In this document: one piece after another, positions 21,236-30,899 of the stretch
Position numbering within the stretch: the first letter of the stretch is position 1
Layout: the number at the start of each line of letters is the position of its first letter
Virus record (IMG/VR): IMGVR_UViG_3300027816_000051
Location: 1 to 64,000 of that record
Length of the DNA stretch: 64,000 nucleotides
Reading direction: 5' to 3' (one strand)
The notes under the pieces: model-generated
Database searches by the model: none
Told to the model about the DNA's origin: nothing
What the model saw: the letters and a program-made list of their open reading frames with translations, nothing else
Made by a program: the position numbers and the translations under genes

Positions 21236-21637
21236 ATGCGTCTTATCTATGTCAACGAAATCGGAACCGATTATAAGGGTCAAAAACAGTATGAATTCAT
21301 CTTTAGTGAATCAACTGAAATAGACATGGACGAATGGTTTGACGTACCCGCATCATCGACCTCAACATCTAAATCACCAAACATAGAATATATAGACCAA
21401 GTAGGTCTCCTTCAAGACACCGATATAGTTTTTGAATTAATACAAAATTCAGACTATTTCGGTGTTATTGATGCTGTGGACGGTATAATAGCCATGGCTT
21501 GGGAAAAATCTAATTTTGATTTAGAAGAAGACAGATTGTTTTTTCGATTTGGTGAATCATATGAAAACGTTTCAAAAAAATTAAAAGAAAGGGGAATATC
21601 CCTTGAAAAAAAATCAATAAAATTCAAAGAATCATGA
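21236..21637 (+). CDS. Hypothetical protein
   Basis: Clean ORF in operon. Confidence 0.8.
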   Translation: MRLIYVNEIGTDYKGQKQYEFIFSESTEIDMDEWFDVPASSTSTSKSPNIEYIDQVGLLQDTDIVFELIQNSDYFGVIDAVDGIIAMAWEKSNFDLEEDRLFFRFGESYENVSKKLKERGISLEKKSIKFKES

Positions 21638-22239
21638 ATAGAAAATTAATCATTGAAAAATTAATAATAGAAGGGTTTTCAGAGAGAACTCTTTCTCGTT
21701 TAAATGATAACGAATTATCTACCCTATCAAAAACAGTTCTTAAAGAAGCTGTTATGATTAAAAAAGATAATTTAAAAGATATTGCAGCAGCTAAAGCCGC
21801 TGGTAAAACTATTGAAACTTACGAATCAAAAGTTTGTCCAAAATGTGGTATGAAAAACTGTAAGTGTAAGGATAAGAAACATCAAGACGTTAATGAAATT
21901 GAAGAGTGGGTGTTAGATTTAGCTGAATCAAAATATTCACAATTCACATCTAAAAACGATATCATGAGTATTATTAGTGAGAAAATAGAAACAACGTTCC
22001 AACCTATGCCAAAAACTAAAGCAAAAAAAGGTCACAATGGTGTACCTGAGTTTATGACATATGATTCTATCATGGCCGCAGCGCAACCCGCACCTGTTGA
22101 AACACCTGTTGAAACCCCAACAAAACCAAAAACACCAACAAGACCTCAAGAAGACGAACCATTTGACCCGTTTGAACCACAACCAGGTCCCGATACTAAA
22201 CCAAAGGCGTTAGCCGAAAAGAAAAAAATCAAAAAATGA
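21634..22239 (+). CDS. Hypothetical protein with CPKC..CKC motif
   Basis: Overlapping start/stop coupling with neighbours. Confidence 0.8.
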   Translation: MNRKLIIEKLIIEGFSERTLSRLNDNELSTLSKTVLKEAVMIKKDNLKDIAAAKAAGKTIETYESKVCPKCGMKNCKCKDKKHQDVNEIEEWVLDLAESKYSQFTSKNDIMSIISEKIETTFQPMPKTKAKKGHNGVPEFMTYDSIMAAAQPAPVETPVETPTKPKTPTRPQEDEPFDPFEPQPGPDTKPKALAEKKKIKK

Positions 22240-23675
22240 AATTCAAAAAGAAAGATTTAATATCTTTACTGGAAGATATTAACGAAATGCCAATGGATTT
22301 TGATTCGGAAGATAGACCGAATATAGACATACAAAGGGCACTATCCACAGGTGATACTCCTCTTAAGAAAGTCCCACTACCTCAATCAGGTCAAGAACCT
22401 AATAAAAACTTTCAGGAATTATTAGCCTCCGAAAGATATAGACAAGTTGTTGCGAGATTAAGGGAACTTACAGGTTCTAATGTTAGATTAACAGATGATG
22501 AAGGCGGAATTATGCCGTTGGTTCAGATGATGATGACGGCACATAATGAAATTGTTCAAACAGAACAAAACCATAGACCCGAATTAATCGCATTAGGTGT
22601 TAAATTGGCTGTTGATGAGATACCTGTTTTATCAAGAAAAGAAATTGCAACCTTAAGTGAGGGTGACAATGGAGGAATTGAATTTGATAATGGAATTTAT
22701 AAAGTTTTTTATAGATTACCCGACGGTAGTAAAAAATATAAAATACAATACGACGCCAAACTTGTTAGTCAAGGTCAAGTAAATCCTGAAGGTTTTAACC
22801 GAGAAATGCAAAATCAACCAAACATCGACCCTGTTGATGTTGAGAAGGATTTAGCAACCGATTTGGAAAAAATGGATTTTGAAAAAGCTAAGAGAAGGAT
22901 GATTAACGCGATGATTCAAGGTGTATCAAAAAAAGGTCACTACATGTATTCATACGTCGCGGATAAACTCGCAGAAATTACTGGTTCTAATAATATAGTT
23001 AATAACTATGGTATTTTAATGTCAATAAATGACACATTATATTGGCAATTAAGTGATAATCAAATGAAAGGTATGATGGGGGGTGCTGGTATGGGTGGAA
23101 AAGAACAAGTTAAACGTAGTACAACACCACCAACAGTTTATGTAGAAGCGGTAAATTTTCCAATTTTAGTACATGAATTAATTAAGGGTACTTATGAATT
23201 ATTCGGTATTCAAGGAAGACCAAAAGATGATGAGGGTAAAGAAGACCCAAGATTCGCTGAAATTGAACAATCGGAAGATACTCTTGAAAAAGAGGTTTGG
23301 GATTTAAGATTAGGTCCCGCCATTTATGATAGAATCAGACAACAATTTCCCGATGAAATTTTTAATGAGGAAGAGTCATATTATCTTCAAAACTACCTAA
23401 TCACAAGTATTTTTAGATTACCAGCAAAAGAGTTCTTGGTTTTCACTAAAGAAGTTGTATCGGGTTCTCGTGAAGGTAAAAGATTAATGGGTGTTTTACT
23501 TCAAGGAATTAGTCAAATGTTACAAGACAAAGATTATAACGAAGCAATTAATAGATTTAACCAAGAATTGGAACAAGTTACCGATAAAATAGATGATGAT
23601 GATTTAAGAGATTTCTTAGGAGATATTGGTATACGATTATCGGATGACGATGGTCCACAAGGTCCTACGGTATAA
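22236..23675 (+). CDS. Hypothetical protein (479 aa) upstream of terminase
   Basis: Long ORF; no motif recognised. Confidence 0.85.
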   Translation: MKFKKKDLISLLEDINEMPMDFDSEDRPNIDIQRALSTGDTPLKKVPLPQSGQEPNKNFQELLASERYRQVVARLRELTGSNVRLTDDEGGIMPLVQMMMTAHNEIVQTEQNHRPELIALGVKLAVDEIPVLSRKEIATLSEGDNGGIEFDNGIYKVFYRLPDGSKKYKIQYDAKLVSQGQVNPEGFNREMQNQPNIDPVDVEKDLATDLEKMDFEKAKRRMINAMIQGVSKKGHYMYSYVADKLAEITGSNNIVNNYGILMSINDTLYWQLSDNQMKGMMGGAGMGGKEQVKRSTTPPTVYVEAVNFPILVHELIKGTYELFGIQGRPKDDEGKEDPRFAEIEQSEDTLEKEVWDLRLGPAIYDRIRQQFPDEIFNEEESYYLQNYLITSIFRLPAKEFLVFTKEVVSGSREGKRLMGVLLQGISQMLQDKDYNEAINRFNQELEQVTDKIDDDDLRDFLGDIGIRLSDDDGPQGPTV

Positions 23676-23682
23676 AAGTTTT

Positions 23683-23709
23683 AAGGGTGGTTTTTAACCA
23701 CCCTTTTTC
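23683..23709 (+). terminator. Intrinsic terminator
   Basis: AAGGGTGG-loop-CCACCCTT plus T run. Confidence 0.75.
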
Positions 23710-23721
23710 ATATTTATATAT

Positions 23722-25497
23722 ATGAGTAATCAAAAAATAGAACAATTAAAAGAGTATGCCCGTATTTTAAAAGATACACCATATGCTTTAAGAACATATC
23801 TACAGACTTACGATAACACTCAGAAAAGATACGTCCCGTTAGAACTTTTTCCTGACCAAATTCAATTGTTAAAAGACTACGAATCGTACAATGAAAATAT
23901 CACAAGAAAGTATAGACAGGCAGGTGTAACAACTGTTACCGCGGCTTGGATTTCTAAAAAGTTACAATTAGCAAAACCTGAAAATCCTGAAAGGGTTCTT
24001 GTTATTGCGAACAAAAAAGATACTGCGGTAGAAATGGCTAATAAGATTAGAAATTTCTTAGACCAATGGCCTGATTGGATTAATGTTGGGTTTTCACCCG
24101 ATAAAAACTCAGAAAGTAGATTTAGATTAAACAATGGATGTGAGGTAAAAGCTGTAGCAACTTCTGCGGATGCGTTACGTGGTTATACACCAACTATACT
24201 TGTATTTGACGAAGCTGCGTACATTGAAGCCGGTGAAGACTTTTGGGCTGCATCTATGGCGTCTCTATCTACGGGTGGTAAGATTATTCTTATTTCGACA
24301 CCAAACGGTTTTGACCCAATTTATTACGGTGTTTACGACCAAGCGATTAGAGGTGTAAACGATTTTCATATTACCGATTTAAGATGGTTTAAAGACCCGA
24401 GATACACAAAAGATTTAAGATGGGTTAAGTGTAGTGATATAGTCCATTACATGTTGAATAGAGAGCAATACGATGATGACGAAGTTGTAATGACCGACTT
24501 TGAAATTCAAAACTATAAACAATACGAAGAAGAAGGTTATAAACCTTTATCTTCTTGGTTTGAATCAATGTCAAAAAAATTCAAATTTGATAGAAGAAAA
24601 ATTGCACAGGAATTAGAGTGTGACTTTCTTGGTTCAGGTGATGGTGTAATTCCTTCAGATGTTCAAGACAATATTGTAAAAAATATGTTGAGAGACCCTA
24701 AGGAAAAATACATGCAAGGAACATTTTGGCAATGGAAAGAACCAATTCAAGGACACAAATACATAATGGGTGTTGATGTTTCTCGTGGGGATAGTGAAGA
24801 CTTTTCATCAATAAACATAATTGACTTTGATGAGAGGGAACAAGTGGCTGAATACATTGGTAAAATACCACCTGACGATTTGGCGTCCGTCGCATACAAA
24901 TGGGGTGTTCTTTATGAAGCATTTATTGTTGTTGATATCACTGGTGGAATGGGTGTTGCAACATCAAGAAAACTACAAGAATTGAACTACAAAAATCTCT
25001 ATATTGATGGTATCAACACAAAGAATATTTGGGAATATAATTCCAAAGCGATGGAGAAAATCCCCGGTATTAATTTCAATAATAAGAGGACTCAAATCGT
25101 TGCGGCATTTGAAGAACAATTAAGAAAAGGATTTCAGGTTAGGTCCGCAAGGTTAATGAATGAATTAAACACATTTGTTTACATCAATGGTAGACCAGAC
25201 CACATGAAAGGAGCTCACGATGATGCTATCATGAGTATGTCTATGGCTCTATATGTTGGGGACATTTCTTTCTCTCAACTAAGTAAAAATGAAAACGCAA
25301 ATAAAGCGATGTTAGAATCGTGGACAATATCTGAAAGGACGTATGAACCAAATAAATCTTTTTATTCATATGGTACCGCATTTGACCAAATAGGTTCAAT
25401 GTCTATGGATAATGACCCAAATGTCCCAAGACACAACAACAATGCAACAAAAGAACAATACGCACAGTATTCTTGGTTATTTGGTAAAAAAAGATAA
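23722..25497 (+). CDS. terL: Terminase large subunit (T4 gp17-like)
   Basis: KYRQAGVTT, LVFDEAAYI, LISTPNG, QELECDFLGSG, GVDVSRG..D.S, HDDAIMS. Confidence 0.95.
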   Translation: MSNQKIEQLKEYARILKDTPYALRTYLQTYDNTQKRYVPLELFPDQIQLLKDYESYNENITRKYRQAGVTTVTAAWISKKLQLAKPENPERVLVIANKKDTAVEMANKIRNFLDQWPDWINVGFSPDKNSESRFRLNNGCEVKAVATSADALRGYTPTILVFDEAAYIEAGEDFWAASMASLSTGGKIILISTPNGFDPIYYGVYDQAIRGVNDFHITDLRWFKDPRYTKDLRWVKCSDIVHYMLNREQYDDDEVVMTDFEIQNYKQYEEEGYKPLSSWFESMSKKFKFDRRKIAQELECDFLGSGDGVIPSDVQDNIVKNMLRDPKEKYMQGTFWQWKEPIQGHKYIMGVDVSRGDSEDFSSINIIDFDEREQVAEYIGKIPPDDLASVAYKWGVLYEAFIVVDITGGMGVATSRKLQELNYKNLYIDGINTKNIWEYNSKAMEKIPGINFNNKRTQIVAAFEEQLRKGFQVRSARLMNELNTFVYINGRPDHMKGAHDDAIMSMSMALYVGDISFSQLSKNENANKAMLESWTISERTYEPNKSFYSYGTAFDQIGSMSMDNDPNVPRHNNNATKEQYAQYSWLFGKKR

Positions 25498-25549
25498 TCC
25501 TTTATTATAAAAATAAAATTAATTATATTCTCTTAAACTATTTATATAC

Positions 25550-27358
25550 ATGGCGGAAAGTAATTTGACGGTATTTCAGAGATTGACAAAAATGTTTGGG
25601 TTTCCTGGTAAGGTAACTCCTGAAGAAGCTCCGTCTTTCAATTTTGACAAAGAACAAATTTTAAAAACAAGTAGTAGAGAGGAATACGAAAAGGCGATGT
25701 TACAAGCTCAACAGAGCCAGTACGTTGCGGATAAGTGGACAAAACTTGACCAATCTCTTTATAATCAATCTGTATACTATGAACCAAATAGGATATCAGC
25801 TTACTACGATTATGAATCAATGGAGTTTACTCCTGAAATTTCAGCAGCGTTAGACATTTATGCGGAAGAATCAACAACACTATCAGAAAAGGGTGAAATA
25901 TTAACTATTTTTTCAGAATCGACAAGAATTAAATCCATTCTTGAAGATTTGTTTATGAATAGATTGGATTTGAATACCAATCTACAGATGTGGACAAGAG
26001 GTGTTTGTAAATATGGTGATAATTTTGTTTACCTTAAAATAGACCCCGAAAGAGGTATAATTGGGTGTCAACAATTACCAAATATTGAAATAGAAAGACA
26101 CGAAGGAAAAGAGAGTAAAACTTCTAATCAACAAAACACAATGCAACTTCCTACAAGGGAATTGAGATTCCAATGGAAGAACAAAGATTTAGAATTTCAA
26201 GCTTGGGAAATTGCACATTTTAGGTTATTAGGTGATGATAGAAAACTTCCTTATGGTACATCTATGTTAGATAAAATCAGAAGGATTTGGAAACAGTTAC
26301 TTTTAGCTGAAGACGCTATGTTGATTTACAGAACAACAAGAGCACCTGAAAGAAGAGTCTTTAAAATATTTGTTGGAAACATGGACGATAAAGATATCGA
26401 AGCTTATGTTCAACGTGTGGCAAATAAATTTAAAAGAGACCAAATTGTTGATTCAAGAAACGGCCAGGTTGATATGAGGTATAACCAAATGGCGGTTGAC
26501 CAAGATTATTTTATTCCTGTTCGTGACCCTGCTCAAACAAACCCGATTGAAACATTAGCGGGAGCACAGAACTTAGGTGAGATTGCGGATATTGAATATA
26601 TCCAAAAGAAAATGTTAGCGGCTCTTCGTATACCAAAAGCTTTCTTAGGGTTTGAAGAGGTTGTAGGTGATGGTAAAACTCTCGCGTTAATGGATATACG
26701 TTTTGCGAGAACAATTAATAGAATTCAAAAATCAATTATTCAAGAATTAAATAAAATTGCACTAATACACCTTTATTTACTTGGATTAGAAGATGAGTTG
26801 GATAATTTTACATTGTCTTTAACTAATCCGTCGGCACAGTCTGACTTATTAAGAATTGAACAATGGAAAGAAAAAATTACACTATATAAAGACGCAACTT
26901 CAGACCAATCTCAGATTGGTATTCTTCCTGTTTCACATACTTGGGCTAAGAAAAATATTCTTGGTATGAGTGATAGTGAAGTAATTCTTGATTTACAACA
27001 ACAAAGAATTGAAAGAGCAATTGGATTTGAATTGACAAATACACAAAACGTTATTAAACGAAGTGGTGTATTTGATGATGTTGATTCCAAATATGGTGTT
27101 CCTGAAGAAGAAAGACAAGAGGGTGGTGAAACTGCCGGTGGTGAAGCTGGTGGAATGGATATGGGTGCGGGTGCACCACCACCTCCGCCACCAGCCGGTG
27201 GAGGGGAAGCTCCATTAAGCGAAAACGAAACAAAAAAACATAATATTTTAAGTATGTTGAGTGAAAACAATAAATTGGAAGATTTATTTGATATGAATAG
27301 AGCTCAACAGAATATTTATGAAATAGAAAATAAACTAAAAGACTTCTTAAACGAATAA
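25550..27358 (+). CDS. Portal protein (T4 gp20-like)
   Basis: EISAALDIYAEE, EDAMLIYRTTRAPERRVF, QDYFIPVR, IETLAGAQNLGEIADIEY, LRIPKAFL. Confidence 0.95.
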   Translation: MAESNLTVFQRLTKMFGFPGKVTPEEAPSFNFDKEQILKTSSREEYEKAMLQAQQSQYVADKWTKLDQSLYNQSVYYEPNRISAYYDYESMEFTPEISAALDIYAEESTTLSEKGEILTIFSESTRIKSILEDLFMNRLDLNTNLQMWTRGVCKYGDNFVYLKIDPERGIIGCQQLPNIEIERHEGKESKTSNQQNTMQLPTRELRFQWKNKDLEFQAWEIAHFRLLGDDRKLPYGTSMLDKIRRIWKQLLLAEDAMLIYRTTRAPERRVFKIFVGNMDDKDIEAYVQRVANKFKRDQIVDSRNGQVDMRYNQMAVDQDYFIPVRDPAQTNPIETLAGAQNLGEIADIEYIQKKMLAALRIPKAFLGFEEVVGDGKTLALMDIRFARTINRIQKSIIQELNKIALIHLYLLGLEDELDNFTLSLTNPSAQSDLLRIEQWKEKITLYKDATSDQSQIGILPVSHTWAKKNILGMSDSEVILDLQQQRIERAIGFELTNTQNVIKRSGVFDDVDSKYGVPEEERQEGGETAGGEAGGMDMGAGAPPPPPPAGGGEAPLSENETKKHNILSMLSENNKLEDLFDMNRAQQNIYEIENKLKDFLNE

Positions 27359-27363
27359 TAAAA

Positions 27364-28104
27364 ATGACAAACTTTGGTGAATTAAAAACAAAACTGTTAA
27401 CAAAACTTACCGAATCTTACACCTCAAATAATAAAGGTGAAATTAAAGATTTAGTAAATAAACTAAAATCAAATAAATCTTTATCTGAAATGTATATGTT
27501 TTATGAAAATATTGAAAACTTAAACATTTCATCAAAAGATAAAGCCAAATTATATGTGGAATCTATTGAACCTATTTTGATTGAAAAAACAAAATCTTTG
27601 AAAAAAGAAATGAAGGAGTTTGGTAAATCACTCAAAGACGTTGTGGTGGAATCAAATTCACTTTATAATGATTTGGATGTTCTTTCAGAAGAGACTAATA
27701 TGCACAATATCGCGTCTAAGATTGACGCTAGAGAAAACTTAATGTCTCATTTAATTAAAGAAAAGAAAAAAGAGGTTTTTGAAAAACCTTCAGTTCAAAT
27801 TGAAAACCATTCTTTATTGAATACGGTATTGGTAAATAATTTCAATATTAAGTATGGTGATTTTTTAAATGAGGAACAAAAAGAAACTTTTAATAAGATT
27901 GTATCAATGACTAACGAGGAGTTGATTAGTGAAATGAACTCTGTTAAAAAAGAACTCAATAACAAATTAGATTCACTCTTAAAAGAATCTACTGAAGATT
28001 CTGTAGTTAGTAAACTTACGAATGTAAAATCGGAAGTGGAAAAATCGGAAATTTCAAAATTCAATTACTATAAATTAATTGAATTAAAGAACGGTTTAAT
28101 TTGA
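27364..28104 (+). CDS. Hypothetical head-module protein
   Basis: Charged helical ORF between portal and protease. Confidence 0.8.
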   Translation: MTNFGELKTKLLTKLTESYTSNNKGEIKDLVNKLKSNKSLSEMYMFYENIENLNISSKDKAKLYVESIEPILIEKTKSLKKEMKEFGKSLKDVVVESNSLYNDLDVLSEETNMHNIASKIDARENLMSHLIKEKKKEVFEKPSVQIENHSLLNTVLVNNFNIKYGDFLNEEQKETFNKIVSMTNEELISEMNSVKKELNNKLDSLLKESTEDSVVSKLTNVKSEVEKSEISKFNYYKLIELKNGLI

Positions 28105-28296
28105 TTTTTCTTCGTCGGTAAACAATTGTTGCTTATAAATCGCCTTTAATTTTTTACCCCTTCTTTCAACCGATGGTTTAGTGTATTCTTGTTTTTCTCT
28201 AAGTTTTTCGGTTTGTTTAGTTTTCTGAACCTTGTATTTGTATTTTTTTAATGCAGATTCAAGGTTCTTTTCTTTACTGACGTTTACTATTATCAT
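28096..28296 (-). CDS. rpsU: Ribosomal protein bS21
   Basis: NLESALKKYK.KV.KTK...LRE.QEYTKPSVERR..K.KA.Y.Q matches the Bacteroidota-type S21 pattern. Confidence 0.9.
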   Translation of the reverse strand: MIIVNVSKEKNLESALKKYKYKVQKTKQTEKLREKQEYTKPSVERRGKKLKAIYKQQLFTDEEKSN

Positions 28297-28393
28297 AATC
28301 TTTTTTTGAAATATAAATGAAAAGTTTTGATTTGTTAAGTTTATTTTGTATATTTTAAATACACCATAAAATATATAAGTATGATATTATTAA

Positions 28394-28819
28394 ATGAAAA
28401 AAGGAAAGTTTATTTCAATCGGTGTACACAATAATGTAAAAATTGGATACGGTACGGTTGATTATAAGAACTTAAAAACAATCTACGTCCAATTAAACTC
28501 ATGGACTCAACCACTAATAAATGACCACGATTTTGAAAAATTGATTTCAAAAACAAGAAGACAGATAAAAGAAAAAGTATATTCTTTAAATTCTGATTTA
28601 TTCAAAAAAGAATCAATTGTTGACTTGGATATTAAAACTAGTGGTATAAAGACAAACAAAAGGTCTTTTATGGACCTTGAAATTACCTTGTACGTTGATA
28701 AATTTTTTGATGTGCGTTCTAAAGAGGTTAAAAGTATTATCACCAACTTATCAGAATCTATAGTAGATACCGTTCTGACAGACGAAACTTTATTTAATTT
28801 CTTTGAAAAAAAGAATTAA
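28394..28819 (+). CDS. Hypothetical protein
   Basis: Clean ORF. Confidence 0.8.
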   Translation: MKKGKFISIGVHNNVKIGYGTVDYKNLKTIYVQLNSWTQPLINDHDFEKLISKTRRQIKEKVYSLNSDLFKKESIVDLDIKTSGIKTNKRSFMDLEITLYVDKFFDVRSKEVKSIITNLSESIVDTVLTDETLFNFFEKKN

Positions 28820-28854
28820 TTCAGTATTCGGGGTATTTATTATAAAAAAGTTGG

Positions 28855-29538
28855 ATGAAAATACTCGGCCCAAATGAAACCGGTAAAGGTATATTAATAG
28901 AATACGACGCTGGTTATATATCACCAAAAGAAAATCAGAAAATTATTTCTGAAATGAAAGACGTGGACTACTCTCAGGATGTAGTTCTTTACGCTGTTTT
29001 ACAAAAATACGATACACCGAATAAAAACGGTAGAATCTACCCTGAAAGTATTCTTAAGAGAGAGAATGAAAAATATCAATCTCTTATAAAGAAGGGTAGT
29101 GCGTTAAATGAATTAAATCACCCAACTTCTTCCCTAATAGATTTAGATAGAGTTTCACATTCAATTTTAGAAACTTGGTGGGATGGTAAAATCCTAATGG
29201 GTAAAATCAAATTGTTCACATCTCCCGCTTGGAAAAAAATGGGTATTGTTAGTACTAAAGGCGACCAAGCCGCCATGTTATTAATGAATGGTGCAACACT
29301 TGGTATATCATCAAGAGGTGTTGGTTCCTTAAAAAATATTAAAGGTCAAAACATTGTTCAAGAAGATTTTGAATTAGTTTGTTTTGATTTGGTGTCATCC
29401 CCAAGTACACCAGGTGCCTATGTATTCTCCGATTTAAAAGACAGGGACCAATACCAAGAATCAATTCAAGAAAACCCAACAGACGCAAATAGAATGAAAA
29501 ATCTAATGTCTAAGTTGGATAGTTATTTAGGTAAATAA
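28855..29538 (+). CDS. Prohead core protease (T4 gp21-like)
   Basis: NKNGRIYP, ELNHP, DRVSH, GISSRGVGS, FDLVSSPSTPGA. Confidence 0.95.
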   Translation: MKILGPNETGKGILIEYDAGYISPKENQKIISEMKDVDYSQDVVLYAVLQKYDTPNKNGRIYPESILKRENEKYQSLIKKGSALNELNHPTSSLIDLDRVSHSILETWWDGKILMGKIKLFTSPAWKKMGIVSTKGDQAAMLLMNGATLGISSRGVGSLKNIKGQNIVQEDFELVCFDLVSSPSTPGAYVFSDLKDRDQYQESIQENPTDANRMKNLMSKLDSYLGK

Positions 29539-29618
29539 TAATTTATTATTGGTTATCATACTATAATCAGTATTTTTTTACATTATCAGCATATTTATAG
29601 GTAAATATATTTAATAAA

Positions 29619-30872
29619 ATGAGCGAAAAATCCATTCTAGAACAAGCATTACTTCAAGTACAGACTCTTGAAGAGGCAGTAAAGGCAAACGCAAAAGGTA
29701 TACTTGCTTCAACTATGAAGCAAGAAATCGGCGATTTGTTGAAAGAATCAATGGAAGATGAGGAAGAAGTTGTTAAAGAACAACCTAATCCTGAAGAAGA
29801 CCCCGCAGACGATGTATCAGCTGATGCTGACGATAACACAGGGGATGATAAATCGGACGAAGATGATGATTCATCTGACGAACTATCTAAGGGCATCGAC
29901 TCAAAAGATTCATCTGATGACGACTTTGGCGACATGGGTAACATGAACGACTTTGGCGATATGGGTGATGACGTGGTTGATATGACCAACGCCGATGAAG
30001 ACGAAATTTTAAAGGTTTTCAAAGCAATGAGTCCTGAGGATGGTGTAATCGTTAAGAAAGATGATGACCACATTGAATTGTCTGATGGTGATGATGAGTA
30101 TATCATTAAGTTAGGTGAGGAAGATTTGGATGAAACCATGATGTCTGAAGATGATTACTATGAAGGTCACGACGAAGACCACTCTGATAAAGATTTAGAA
30201 GAGGGTGATGAGTCTGAATATTCAAATGAAGAATTGGAAGAAATGATGGATGACACTGAAGAAACTGTTTACGAAATCGAACTTGATGATGTTGATGAAG
30301 ACATGATGAGTGATGAAGACCCTAATATGGGAGATGAATCACTTGAAGAATATGTCGACGAGACTTACGAAGGTGATGAGCCTGTAGAAGGTGATGTTGA
30401 AGAATCTGCTCGTACTAAAGGTTACGGTTACCATGGAGGTCTTAAAAGTAAAAATGTATTTAAGGCCGGTAATAAAAGAGAAGAAATCAACGAAGAAGTT
30501 AGCAAACTTAGAAAACAAAATGATGAGTATAAGAAAGCTCTTGTATTATTCAAAGAAAAGTTAAATGAGGTTGCTGTATTTAACGCCAACTTAGCTTACG
30601 CTACTCGTTTGTTTACTGAACACTCAACCACCAAACAAGAGAAGTTAAACATCTTAAAAAGATTCGATTCAATTTCAACCTTGAAAGAGTCTAAGAACTT
30701 ATATAGTTCTATAAAAACTGAATTAGATACTAAAAAACCTGTAACTGAATCAGTGGTTGATAAAATAACAACGTCACAAACATCTTCTTCTTCAAAAGTA
30801 TTGTCGGAATCAAAAGCATATGAGAATCCACAATTCAAGAGAATGAAAGATTTAATGACAAAAATAAAATAA
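29619..30872 (+). CDS. Prohead scaffold (gp22-like position), highly acidic
   Basis: Acidic central region and coiled-coil end; lies between protease and capsid. Confidence 0.75.
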   Translation: MSEKSILEQALLQVQTLEEAVKANAKGILASTMKQEIGDLLKESMEDEEEVVKEQPNPEEDPADDVSADADDNTGDDKSDEDDDSSDELSKGIDSKDSSDDDFGDMGNMNDFGDMGDDVVDMTNADEDEILKVFKAMSPEDGVIVKKDDDHIELSDGDDEYIIKLGEEDLDETMMSEDDYYEGHDEDHSDKDLEEGDESEYSNEELEEMMDDTEETVYEIELDDVDEDMMSDEDPNMGDESLEEYVDETYEGDEPVEGDVEESARTKGYGYHGGLKSKNVFKAGNKREEINEEVSKLRKQNDEYKKALVLFKEKLNEVAVFNANLAYATRLFTEHSTTKQEKLNILKRFDSISTLKESKNLYSSIKTELDTKKPVTESVVDKITTSQTSSSSKVLSESKAYENPQFKRMKDLMTKIK

Positions 30873-30899
30873 ACTTAAAAATTAAAAATCAATACTAAA

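Noticed and set aside
27120-27220. Poly-Pro/Gly acidic tail of the portal
   Set aside because: Low-complexity C-terminal tails are common in gp20-like portals
29654-30139. 161-aa Ser-rich minus-strand ORF
   Set aside because: Antisense shadow of the acidic scaffold gene
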